Shown: positions 28,994 to 39,017 of the stretch, one piece after another
Layout: every line of letters starts with the position of its first letter
How positions within the stretch are numbered: position 1 is the first letter of the stretch
Assembly (NCBI GenBank): GCA_963754825.1
Contig: CAVWHP010000012.1
Location: 4,131-68,130, forward strand
DNA: 64,000 nt
Origin: an uncultured delta proteobacterium
GTDB taxonomy: Bacteria > Desulfobacterota > Desulfobulbia > Desulfobulbales > Desulfobulbaceae
Direction: 5' to 3'
The notes under the pieces: generated by a model
Databases searched by the model: none
What the model was told of the DNA's origin: nothing
The model's input: only the letters and a program-made list of their open reading frames with translations
Program-made: the position numbers and the translations under genes

Positions 28994-31900
28994 CTACATC
29001 GACCGCCGGTACTGGCCGCCCACCTCGTACAGGGCCGCGGTCAGCTGGCCGAGCGAGCAGACCCGCACCGCGTCGATGAGCACGGCAAACACGTTGCCGC
29101 CCTCTATCACCGTGTCCCGCAGGCGGGCGAGCATGGGTCCGCTCGCCTGCTGGTGGCGGGCCTGGAACTCGCGCAGTCGCCGGATCTGCGACTGCTTCTC
29201 CTCCTCGGTGGAGCGGGCCAGCTCGATCACGCCGGTGGCGTCGCCCTCCGGGTTCAGGAAGGTGTTCACGCCGATGATCGGGTAGGAGCCGTCGTGCTTC
29301 TTGCGCTCGTAGTAGAGCGATTCCTCCTGGATGCGGCTGCGCTGGTAGCCGGTCTCCATGGCGCCGAGCACGCCGCCGCGCGCGGCCAGGGCCTCGAACT
29401 CCTGCAGCACCGCCTCCTCCACCAGGTCGGTGAGTTCATCGATGAGGAAGCTGCCCTGGCTGGGGTTCTCGTTCATCGCCAGCCCCCACTCGCGGTTGAT
29501 GATCAGCTGGATGGCCATGGCCCGGCGCACCGACTCCTCGGTGGGGGTGGTGATGGCCTCGTCGTAGGCGTTGGTGTGCAGGGAGTTGCAGTTGTCGTAG
29601 ATGGCGATGAGCGCCTGCAGGGTGGTGCGGATGTCGTTGAAGGCCATCTCCTGGGCGTGCAGGGACCGGCCCGAGGTCTGGATGTGGTACTTGAGCTTCT
29701 GGCGAGCGCTCGTTGGCGCCGTACTTGTCTTTCATGGCCACGGCCCAGATGCGCCGGGCCACCCGGCCGATCACCGTGTACTCGGGGTCCATGCCGTTGG
29801 AGAAGAAGAAGGACAGGTTGGGCGCGAAGTCGTCGATGTGCATGCCGCGGGCCAGGTAGGACTCGACGTAGGTGAAGCCGTTGGCCAGGGTGAAGGCCAG
29901 CTGGCGTGATCGGGTTGGCCCCGGCCTCGGCGATGTGGTAGCCGGAGATGGACACCGAGTAGAAGTTGCGCACCTGCTCGCGGACGAAATACTCCTGGAT
30001 GTCGCCCATCATCTTGAGGGCGAACTCGGTGGAGAAGATGCAGGTGTTCTGGCCCTGGTCCTCCTTGAGGATGTCGGCCTGGACCGTGCCGCGCACGGTG
30101 GAGAAGGTCTGCCGGCGGATCTCGAGCGCCTCCGCCTCGGTGGCCGGCCGGCCGTGGTCCGCGGCGAACCGGTCGAGCTGCTGGTCGATGGCGGTGTTGA
30201 AGAACATGGCCAGGATGATCGGCGCCGGGCCGTTGATGGTCATGCACACCGAGGTGGTGGGCGCGCACAGGTCGAAGCCGGCGTAGAGCTCCTTCATGTC
30301 GTCCAGGGTGGCGATGGACACGCCCGAGTTGCCGATCTTGCCGTAGATGTCCGGCCGCTCGTCCGGGTCGTCGCCGTACAGGGTGGGCGAGTCGAAGGCG
30401 GTGGACAGCCGGTGCGCGGGCATGCCCGCGCTCACCGTCTTGAAGCGGCGGTTGGTGCGGAAGGGGTCGCCCTCGCCGGCGAACATGCGGGTCGGGTCCT
30501 CGTTCTCCCGCTTGAACGGGAAGACGCCGGCGGTGAACGGGAACAGCCCGGGCAGGTTCTCGCGCAGAGGAAGCGGAGCAGCGCGCCGTGGTCGTCGTCG
30601 CGCGGCAGGGCCACCTTGGGCACGGTCGAGCCGGAGAGCGAGGTGCGGGTGAGGCGGGTGCGGATCTCCCGGTCGCGCACCCGCACCACCTGCTCGTCGC
30701 CGCGGTAGCTGGCCGCAAGCGCGGGCCACTGGTCGAGCAGGCGCCGGGCCTGCGGGTCCAGTCCATCGTCGCGCTCGGCGAGCAGTTCCTCGACGCTGCC
30801 CGTGGCCTGGCCGGTTCGCGGCGAACAGGTCGCGCACCAGGCTGAGCGCCTGGCGTTCGCGGGCCAGCCGCACCTGGTCCTCCACCCGCCGGTGATAGGC
30901 ATGCACGCAGTCGGCGATCTCCGCCAGGTAGCGGCTGCGCTCGGCCGGGACAATGGCGCGGTGGTCACCGGATCGTGCCTCGCCGATCCGCGCCAGCCGG
31001 CCCGGTTCGACTCGCAGGCCCGCCTGTTCCAGCCGGGGCAGGAGGGCCTGGTAGAGCGCGGTGACGCCCTCGTCGTTGAAGCGGGCCGCCACCGTGGGAA
31101 AGACCGGCATCTGTTCCGGCGCAACGCCAAAGGCCCCGTGGTTGCGCTGGTACTGCTTGCGCACGTCGCGCAGCGCGTCCTCGGCGCCGCTGCGGTCGAA
31201 CTTGTTGATGGCGACGAAGTCGGCGAAGTCGAGCATGTCGATCTTCTCGAGCTGGGAGGCGGCGCCGAACTCCGGGGTCATCACGTACAGGGAGAGATCC
31301 ACGTGCGGGACGATGGCGGCGTTGCCCTGGCCGATGCCCGAGGTCTCGACGATGACCAGGTCGAAGCCGGCCAGCCGGCAGGCCGCGATCACCTCGGGCA
31401 GGGCCGCGCTGATCTCCGAGCCGGTGTCGCGGGTGGCGAGCGAGCGCATGTAGATGTGCGGGTGGTCGATGGCGTTCATGCGGATGCGGTCGCCGAGTAA
31501 GGCCCCGCCGGTGCGCTGGCGCGACGGGTCGATGCTGACGATGGCCAGATGCAGGCGGTCCTCCTGGTCGAGGCGGAAGCGCCGCACCAGTTCGTCGGTG
31601 AGCGAACTCTTGCCCGCGCCGCCGGTGCCGGTGATGCCGAGCACCGGCACCCGGCAGGCCGCACCCTCCTCTTTGAGGCGGGCGCGCAGCGCCGCGGTGC
31701 AGCTGCCGTTTTCCAGGAGGGTGATGAGCCGGGCGAGCAGCCGCCGGTCGCCACCGCGCAGGCCGGCAAGCACCGTGTCCGCATCCGGTGCGGCCAGCGG
31801 TGCGGGCGCGACGTCGGCCAGGCGCACCACCTCGTCGATCATGCCCTGCAGGCCGATGCGCTGGCCGTCAGCCGGGGTGTAGATGCGGCTGACCCCGTAG

Positions 31901-32256
31901 GCGTGCAGTTCGTCCAGCTCCTCGGCCACGATCACCCCGCCGCCGCCGCCGAACACGCGGATATCCCCGCCGCCGCCCGCACGCAGCAGGTCGATCATGT
32001 ATTTGAAGTACTCGACGTGGCCGCCCTGGTAGGAGGTGATGGCCACGCCCTGCACATCCTCCTGCAGGGCCGCGGTGACGATCTCGCCCACCGAGCGGTT
32101 GTGGCCCAGGTGGATGACCTCCACGCCGGTGGCCTGGAGGATGCGGCGCATGATGTTGATGGTGGCGTCGTGGCCGTCGAACAGCGAGGCGGCGGTGACG
32201 AAGCGGACCTTGTGGGTGGGCTTGTACGGGGTGTGCTCGGCGGCGCAGGCCATCAT
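28994..32256 (-). CDS. icmF: Fused isobutyryl-CoA mutase/GTPase chaperone with four apparent indels
   Basis: FDGHDA B12 motif, GTGGAGKSS MeaB domain, TRMFAGEG and [10 protein letters not shown] mutase motifs; indels near 30813, 30567, 29906, 29701. Confidence 0.9.
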
Positions 32257-32668
32257 CTGGGTCTCCTTGCGGTCAGGGATGCGGTGGTGGTGCGGTTGCG
32301 GGAAAACGCCCGGAGGGGGCGGACAGGCAGGGGGCAGCGGGCGGGGCCGGGCAGCGATTGGGGAGCGGCCACGGGGTGACGGCAGAGGGCGGAGCGGGGC
32401 GTCGGGGTGCTGGCGGGGGTCGCTCGTTCCAACCCGGGGGAGAGGTCGCCATATCGGTTCACTCGCAGGCAGCCGTGGGGTGTGCGCCGTTCCGGCACAG
32501 GGAAAACGGGAATACTATAGAGCAGAAACCGGGAAAACAGAAGCGTTTCCAGGCAGGGGCGGAAAAAGCCGGGGCCGTGGCGGCACCCGGGCCGGGGTGT
32601 TTTCCACTGGTCGCGGTGGCGGAGATATTCTATAGTGGCGCCAGCAGCCAACCGGGCGGGAGGAAGAC

Positions 32669-33175
32669 ATGAACCTGCGCATCAGGGCCGAAGAGGCCGG
32701 CGACATCGACACCATTGCCACCATCACGCGCGACGCCTACGTCGACAATCCCCACAGCCGCCACAGCGAACACCTGATTGTCGACGGCCTGCGCAGCGGC
32801 CGGGCGCTCGCCCTGTCGCTGGTCGCCGAACTGGACGGTGTGGTGGTCGGCCACGTGGCCTTCTCCCGGGTGGATATCTCGGACGGCTCCACCGGCTGGT
32901 ACTGCCTGGGGCCGCTGGCCGTGACCGCATCGGCCCGGGGCGCGGGCGTGGGCGGCCGGCTCGTGCGCGAGGGGCTGGCCAGGCTGCGGGCCATGGGCGG
33001 CAACGGCTGCGTCGTGCTCGGCGACCCGGCCTTCTACCGGCGCTTCGGCTTTCGCCACAACCCGGAGATCATGATCCAGGGCGAGGGCCAGGACCGCTTC
33101 CTCGCCCTGTCCTTTGCCGGGGCCCGGGCCGGCGGGGTCATCACTTATCACCCGGCGTTCAATATCACCTGCTGA
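32669..33175 (+). CDS. GNAT N-acetyltransferase (YhbS-like)
   Basis: LSLVAE..VVGHVAFS, LGPLAV...RGAGVG, VLGDPAFYRRFGF. Confidence 0.9.
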   Translation: MNLRIRAEEAGDIDTIATITRDAYVDNPHSRHSEHLIVDGLRSGRALALSLVAELDGVVVGHVAFSRVDISDGSTGWYCLGPLAVTASARGAGVGGRLVREGLARLRAMGGNGCVVLGDPAFYRRFGFRHNPEIMIQGEGQDRFLALSFAGARAGGVITYHPAFNITC

Positions 33176-33228
33176 CCACGGTTGACCCCGCGGTCGTTTG
33201 TGTTTGTACACCCACCAGGGAGACCATC

Positions 33229-33783
33229 ATGCACCTGCGCACCCTTGCCACCCTCGTCCTGCTGGCGACCTTCGTCCTCACCGGCGGCCGGAGCGAGGCC
33301 GCTGTCTCGATCAGCGTTGCCGAACCGAACTTCTACGGCCGCATCGACATCGGCGGCTTCCCGTCACCGCGGGTGATCTACGAGCAACCGGTGATCGTCC
33401 GCCGGGTCAAGGTCTGGTACCCGCCGATCTACCTGCGCGTGCCGCCCGGCCACATGCGCCACTGGGACCGCCACTGCCACGAGTACGACGCCTGCGGCCG
33501 GCCGGTCTACTTTGTCGACGACGGCTGGTACCGGGACGAGTACGTGCCCCGTTACCGCCAGGTTCGACCGGAGCGCCGCACCTACCACCCGCCGCCACCA
33601 CCGCCCGCCTATTACGAGTACCGCTACGACCGCAACCGCCCGCCGAAGAAGGTCTACATCGAGAAGTCGCCGCCCCGCCGTGATGTCCGGGGACACTCCC
33701 GCGCCAAGGTCAAGCACTCCACCAAGGTCAAGCACCAGGCCAAAGGCAAGGGGCACTCCAAGGGCAAGGGCCACCACCGCTGA
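33229..33783 (+). CDS. Secreted hypothetical protein with Lys/His-rich tail
   Basis: GGGAG RBS, signal peptide, FYGRIDIG..PIYLRVPPGH..W..HC..Y.ACG.PVYFV. Confidence 0.8.
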   Translation: MHLRTLATLVLLATFVLTGGRSEAAVSISVAEPNFYGRIDIGGFPSPRVIYEQPVIVRRVKVWYPPIYLRVPPGHMRHWDRHCHEYDACGRPVYFVDDGWYRDEYVPRYRQVRPERRTYHPPPPPPAYYEYRYDRNRPPKKVYIEKSPPRRDVRGHSRAKVKHSTKVKHQAKGKGHSKGKGHHR

Positions 33784-33898
33784 CAGCCAAGGGCCGGCCG
33801 CATCCCGCCCTTCCGCCCCCGCCTCTCCCAGACCCTTCCCTCACCCGCCGTCCCTGCCCGGCCGCAGGCGCCCGCCTGTGCGCCCGGGTCGGAGCGGT

Positions 33899-34729
33899 TC
33901 ACTCGTCCAGCCGCCAGGTGATCCGCGCCGGTCGGCGGGTCGGCACCCGCTGGTAGCGGAACTTCGGGTAGCCGACCATCATCGCCCCTAAACAACGGTG
34001 GTCCTCCGGCAGGTCGAGGGCGGCAACGAGCGGAGCGAACGCCGCCGTGGCCGCATGCAGGTAGCCGGCCCAGCAGGTGCCCAGGCCAAGGGAGGTGGCG
34101 GCCAGTTCCAGGTGGGCCAGGGCAATGGTGCAGGACGAGGGCGCGATCCGGTCCTCCGCGTGGGCATGGGTGACGATGAGCACCGGCGCGCCACGCAGGA
34201 TCACGTCGTGGCCGGCCTGCCAGCGGGCCACGGTCCGCTCCAGGTGCATGGCCCGGGCCAACTCCGGCGATTCGACCTGGACCTGCTGCATCCACTCGAC
34301 GACCAGGCCGGCCAGGCGGCGGAGTTCTTCCCGGCCGCTGAGCACCAGCCACTCGGTGTTCTGGCTGTTGTGGCCGGAGGGGGCGTAACGGGCGAGATCG
34401 ATGAGTCGGGCCAGGGTCGCCCTGTCCACCGGCTGCTGCCGGTACGCCCGGATGGAGCGCCGGCCGTGCAGGAAGCGGGCGCACTGCTCGGCGCTCAGCA
34501 CCGGTTGGGGCGAAAGCGGCGCACAGTCGGCGGGCGCCATCTCCCGATGGGTGAAGCTGGCCGTCGGGCACACGGCCACACAGTGGCCGCAGCGGATGCA
34601 CACCGCCTCCGCGTCCGCAGTGGGCACCGGCAAGGCGCCCGGAGAAAAATCGATGACGCCGGGCGGGCAGACGGCGGCGCAGAGGCCGTCCTGGTTGCAG
34701 GTTTGGGGATCGATGGTGAACAGGGCCAT
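33899..34729 (-). CDS. Nitroreductase with N-terminal 4Fe-4S ferredoxin domain
   Basis: CNQDGLCAAVCP, CIRCGHCVAVCP, RRSIRAY, APSGHNSQ, LGTCWAG. Confidence 0.92.
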   Translation of the reverse strand: MALFTIDPQTCNQDGLCAAVCPPGVIDFSPGALPVPTADAEAVCIRCGHCVAVCPTASFTHREMAPADCAPLSPQPVLSAEQCARFLHGRRSIRAYRQQPVDRATLARLIDLARYAPSGHNSQNTEWLVLSGREELRRLAGLVVEWMQQVQVESPELARAMHLERTVARWQAGHDVILRGAPVLIVTHAHAEDRIAPSSCTIALAHLELAATSLGLGTCWAGYLHAATAAFAPLVAALDLPEDHRCLGAMMVGYPKFRYQRVPTRRPARITWRLDE

Positions 34730-34751
34730 GGGGTCTCCTTGCACAGGCTGA

Positions 34752-36002
34752 ATGGACAGAAAGGACCGGCGCGGGGCAGAACCCGGCGGCCGGCCCGAAC
34801 ACAAAAAAACAGAAAGGGAGGAACACAGCGTTTTGGCAGCGAAGAAAGGGGCAGACCGGCAGCAGCCGGCCGAGCCGGCGACCGCAGCGCCCGCGCCCAC
34901 GCCACCGGCCGGCCGTCCGGACACCGGGGCGAAGAACGGCGAGTCGGCAGTCAGGCCGCCCCGCCGGTCGAAAACGGGCACGACCGGCGGCCAGGCGAAA
35001 AAAAAGGCGCGGCCGAGATCCCGGGCGAAGAAAAAACCGGCCCGCACCCGCCGGCCCCTGCTCCTTGCCCTGCTCGAGGCAACCTGCCTGACCATCACCG
35101 CGGTCACCGCCATCATGGTCCTGCTCGGCCTGGCGGCGGAGCGGTTCTCCGGCACCCGCTTTTTTACGAGCCTGCTGCCCTTTGCCCTGGGCGTGTTCGG
35201 CCTGGTCGTGGTCGCAAGCCTCAGCCTGTTCGCCTGGCTGCGGCTGCGCCGCTGGCTGCTGGCCCGCTCGCCCTGGCTGCCCTCAGTCCTGGCCGTGGCC
35301 TGCGTGGCCGGGGTGGGCGTGCTCGTTGTCCAGGGCCAATTCTACTGGGCCTTCGGCCATTTCCGCACCCTGGTCGGCGGCCGGGCCGAGGCCGGCCGGG
35401 TGACGCTCACCCACCAGGTGTTCGCCGCCTACCGCCGCCTCGACCCGGCCCAGCTGCACACCCTGATCGCCCGAGCCCAGCCCTACACACGGGACATCGA
35501 CCAGGCCGCGGCCGCCTTCGGCCTCGACCCGGACCTGCTCCACGGCGTGGCCGCGACCGAGTCGAGCTTCCTGCCGCGGCCGAGCAGTGACGGCGGCCAG
35601 GGCCTCTTTCAGATCACCCGCGTGCCCGACGAGGTGACCGCGCTGGCCGGTCGTCATCTCGGCATCGCGCCCCGGGTCGATGACCACCGCCACAACGGTT
35701 TTCTCGCCGCCGCCACCCTGCGGTATTACCTCAAACAGATGCAGAACGACCTCTTCCTCGGTCTGCTCGCCTACAACATCGGTCCGAAAAACGGTGGTCT
35801 GCGCTTCATCATGCAGCAGTACGGGGCCATCGATTTCGTCACCATCCAGCCCTACCTGCAGCAGCTGCCGCGCGACTACCCGATCCGCGTGCTCTCCCAC
35901 GCCCTCGCCTTCCGCCTGTACCGGAGCGAAGGCAAGCTGCTCGCCTACGAGGAGGGGCTGAACGCGGTCCGCATCCAGCAGCTCGGCGTGCCCGGACTCT
36001 GA
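34752..36002 (+). CDS. Membrane-anchored SLT-domain lytic transglycosylase
   Basis: Basic N-terminus, three TM segments, then ATESSF, GQGLFQI and LAYNIG motifs. Confidence 0.85.
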   Translation: MDRKDRRGAEPGGRPEHKKTEREEHSVLAAKKGADRQQPAEPATAAPAPTPPAGRPDTGAKNGESAVRPPRRSKTGTTGGQAKKKARPRSRAKKKPARTRRPLLLALLEATCLTITAVTAIMVLLGLAAERFSGTRFFTSLLPFALGVFGLVVVASLSLFAWLRLRRWLLARSPWLPSVLAVACVAGVGVLVVQGQFYWAFGHFRTLVGGRAEAGRVTLTHQVFAAYRRLDPAQLHTLIARAQPYTRDIDQAAAAFGLDPDLLHGVAATESSFLPRPSSDGGQGLFQITRVPDEVTALAGRHLGIAPRVDDHRHNGFLAAATLRYYLKQMQNDLFLGLLAYNIGPKNGGLRFIMQQYGAIDFVTIQPYLQQLPRDYPIRVLSHALAFRLYRSEGKLLAYEEGLNAVRIQQLGVPGL

Positions 36003-36018
36003 GCCCCTCTCCCCCTGT

Positions 36019-36900
36019 TCACGCGCTGCGGCCAAGCACCGCCGCGCTGACGATCACCAGCACCGCACCCGCCAGCTGCACCGCACCGAGCTGCTCGCCA
36101 AGGAAGACAAAGGCAAGCACCAGGGCCACCACCGGTTCCAGGGTGGACAGGGTGGCCGCGTCACCGGCGCCGATGCGCTGCACGCCGGCAAAAAAGGTGA
36201 CGATCGCAAGAGCCGTGCCGAAGACGGCGATGCCGGCCACGGCCAGCCAGCCCCCGGTGGTTCCCGGCCAGCGCACCCCCTCGACCAGGGCGGCGCTGCT
36301 GAACATCACGGCCGCGCTGAGAACGATCACCGTGGCCGCAGGGATGACCCCGGTGCGCGGGGTGAGGTGTTCCCCGACCAGGATGTAGCCGGTGTAGAGC
36401 AGGGCCGCGCCGATGCCGAAGGCCAGGCCGACGGGCGTGCCGGTCAGGTCAGCGGAGACGGTGAGGAGAATGCCGGCAAAGCTGGCAGCCGCGAGCCCGG
36501 CCTTGCGCAGGGTCAGCCGCTGTCGGCCGAGCACCGCGCTGGCCAGCAGCACCAGCGCCGGGTGCAGGTAGAGGAGCAGGACCGTCAGACCGACGGTCAG
36601 GTGGTGCAGGGCGGAAAAGAAGCAGAAGGACTGGCCGGTGTAGCCCAGGGCGCCGAGCAGGACAAGGCCGGCAAGCTCCCGGCCCCGGGGCCAGGGCAGC
36701 TGCCGGTGGCGCATGACCAGGACCAGGAGTGCTCCGGCCAGGAGGAAACGCAGGGCGAGCACACTCAAGGTGGAGGCGCCGCTCGCCGCGGCCACCCGGG
36801 CGAACAGGCCGATGGTGGCAAAGCCGGCGGCGGAAATCGCCACGAGCACCACCCCCTGCAAACGGTGGCCGGACGGACGCTCCACCGGGCTGTGATCCAC
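36019..36900 (-). CDS. DMT/EamA family transporter
   Basis: About 10 TM segments; LRFLLA, LLYLHPALV, STLEPVVA. Confidence 0.9.
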   Translation of the reverse strand: MDHSPVERPSGHRLQGVVLVAISAAGFATIGLFARVAAASGASTLSVLALRFLLAGALLVLVMRHRQLPWPRGRELAGLVLLGALGYTGQSFCFFSALHHLTVGLTVLLLYLHPALVLLASAVLGRQRLTLRKAGLAAASFAGILLTVSADLTGTPVGLAFGIGAALLYTGYILVGEHLTPRTGVIPAATVIVLSAAVMFSSAALVEGVRWPGTTGGWLAVAGIAVFGTALAIVTFFAGVQRIGAGDAATLSTLEPVVALVLAFVFLGEQLGAVQLAGAVLVIVSAAVLGRSA

Positions 36901-36922
36901 CCTCCCCTCCCTCTGCGGACGC

Positions 36923-37558
36923 TCAGGGCGGAGTTCGTCCCAGCCCGCTCTTCAGCATCTGCAGCAGCCCCTCGATCAGGGCCGGTGCGTCCCGTTTGAT
37001 GTCGAACAGGTCCGGGGTCAGCACCCAGTTGGCGATCAGCCCGTGCATGAAGCTGACCACCGCGATGGTGCCCAGGCGGACATCGAGATCAGCGGGCAGC
37101 TGCCCCCGGTCGATGCCGTTGCGCAGCACGGTCTGCACGCTCCGGTTGCGCTCGTGCAGGGTCTCCAGGTGGCGGGTGCGGATGAGGTCGAGGTCCTCGC
37201 CGCCGCTCTTCTGGTCAAAGAGAATGCGGATGAGCTGCTGCTGGCGGGGGTCTTCCGCCAGGCGGCCGAGGAAGCGGACATACAGCTCCTTGAGCCGGCC
37301 CAGCGGGTCGGGCTCGTCACGGCTCTCACTCGCCCGCGCCAGCGGCGTGTAGATCAGGAGCACCTCGTTCCAGAGGGCGTTGAGCAGGTCCGCCTTGTTG
37401 GCGAAATGCCAGTAGATGGCGCCCCGCGTCACCCCGGCCTCGCGGGCGATGTCGGCCAGCGAAACATTGGCCGCGCCCTTGGCGGCGAACACCCGGACGG
37501 TGGCGTCGAGGATGGCGTTGCGCGTCTCCAGGGCCTCTTCCTTGGTTTTCCGGGCCAT
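36923..37558 (-). CDS. acrR: TetR-family repressor AcrR
   Basis: MARKTKEEALETR...SLADIAREAGVTRGAIYWHF. Confidence 0.92.
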   Translation of the reverse strand: MARKTKEEALETRNAILDATVRVFAAKGAANVSLADIAREAGVTRGAIYWHFANKADLLNALWNEVLLIYTPLARASESRDEPDPLGRLKELYVRFLGRLAEDPRQQQLIRILFDQKSGGEDLDLIRTRHLETLHERNRSVQTVLRNGIDRGQLPADLDVRLGTIAVVSFMHGLIANWVLTPDLFDIKRDAPALIEGLLQMLKSGLGRTPP

Positions 37559-37609
37559 GTCAGCCGTCCGCCCGCGGTGCGCGGAGCCCGTGGTCTGTCA
37601 GGGCACTCA

Positions 37610-39013
37610 TCAGCTGCGCTCCTGCCAGCCGCCGCCCAGGACCTTGTAGAGGTTGACCCTGTTCACCAGCCGGGCCAGCCGGATGACGACCACGCTCTGC
37701 CGGGCCCGGTAGAGCGAGCGCTGGGCGTCGAGCACCACCAGGTAGCTGTCCACGCCCTGGTCATAGCGTTCCCGGGCCAGGGCGTAGTAGGTCTGGTTGG
37801 CCTGCAGGCCGAGTTCCTCGGCCTGCAGCTGCTCGCCGAAGGTGCGGATACCGGCGAGCGCGTCCGCGGTCTCGCGGAAGGCGGTCTGGATGGCCTGCTC
37901 GTAGCGGGTCACGGCGATTTCCTTGCGCACCTCGGCCAGGTCGAGCTGGGCCGACAGGCGGCCGCCGGTGAAAATGGGCAGGCGGAGGGTGGGCGCAAAC
38001 AGCCAGGAACCGGAGTCGCCGTCGAACAGGTCCGAGGCCTCGGCGCTGATCACGCCGGCGTCGGCGGTCAGGCTGATGGCCGGGAAGAAGGCGGCCCGGG
38101 CCGCGCCGATGCTGGCGTTGGCCGCGCGCAGCGTGTGCTCGGCGGCCATGATATCCGGCCGCTGGAGGAGCAGGTCGGAGCGCAGGCCGGCCGGCACCGG
38201 ATCGAGCAGGGCCTGCGCGGTCAGGTCGGTGCACGGCGGCAGGTCGTCGGGCAACGGCCCGCCGGCCAGCAGGGTGAGCAGGTTCTCCTCCTGCGCGAGC
38301 AGACGGCGGTACTGGGCCAGGTTGGCGCGGGCCGTCTGCAGCCCGGTCTCGGCCTGGGCCAGGTCGATCTGGGTGGCCACACCCTCGTCGTAGCGCTGCT
38401 TGATCAGGTCGTAGGAGGCCTGCTCGTTGGCGGCGGTATCCTCGGTGATGGCCAGCAGCTGGCGGTCGGCGAGCCAGGTGAGGTAGGCGCGGGCCACCTC
38501 GGCCACCAGGCTGATGTGCGCGCTGCGGCGGTTCTCCTCCATGGCCAGGTACTCTTCCAGGGCCTGGTCGCGGAGGCTGCGGATGCGGCCGAAGAAATCG
38601 ATCTCCCAGGCGGTGACGCCCACCGAGGCGGAATAGGCCTCACTGGTGGCGTGGCCCCCGGGTCCCAGGGTCCGCTGCTTGACGTAGCCGGCGCCGCCGT
38701 CCACGGTGGGCAGCAGCTGGGCCCGCTGGATGCGGTACTGGGCCTGGAAGGCCTCGACGTTGAGGGCGGTTTCGCGCAGGTCGCGGTTGTTTTTGAGGGC
38801 CAGCTCGATAATCGCCTGCAGCCGCGGGTCGGCGAAAAAGTCCCGCCAGCCGAGTTCCGCGGCCAGCACCCCGGCCTGATCGGTCAGGGCCTCGCCGGGC
38901 AGGGTCGCGGCCACCGGCGATTCCGGCCGGGTGAACGCCGGGGCAAACGAGCAGCCGCCCAGGGCGAGGGCGAGCAGCAGGGTCGCGGCCAGGATTGGTT
39001 TGTCGGTTCTCAT
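37610..39013 (-). CDS. oprM: RND efflux outer-membrane lipoprotein (OprM/NodT family)
   Basis: Lipobox LGGC, WRDFF.D..L, NNRDLR, RPDI.AAE, LYKVLGGGW. Confidence 0.92.
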   Translation of the reverse strand: MRTDKPILAATLLLALALGGCSFAPAFTRPESPVAATLPGEALTDQAGVLAAELGWRDFFADPRLQAIIELALKNNRDLRETALNVEAFQAQYRIQRAQLLPTVDGGAGYVKQRTLGPGGHATSEAYSASVGVTAWEIDFFGRIRSLRDQALEEYLAMEENRRSAHISLVAEVARAYLTWLADRQLLAITEDTAANEQASYDLIKQRYDEGVATQIDLAQAETGLQTARANLAQYRRLLAQEENLLTLLAGGPLPDDLPPCTDLTAQALLDPVPAGLRSDLLLQRPDIMAAEHTLRAANASIGAARAAFFPAISLTADAGVISAEASDLFDGDSGSWLFAPTLRLPIFTGGRLSAQLDLAEVRKEIAVTRYEQAIQTAFRETADALAGIRTFGEQLQAEELGLQANQTYYALARERYDQGVDSYLVVLDAQRSLYRARQSVVVIRLARLVNRVNLYKVLGGGWQERS

Positions 39014-39017
39014 GGCA

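Noticed and set aside
32260..32660. Cobalamin riboswitch upstream of icmF
   Set aside because: No B12-box or GCCACTG/GGGAAG core on the icmF strand
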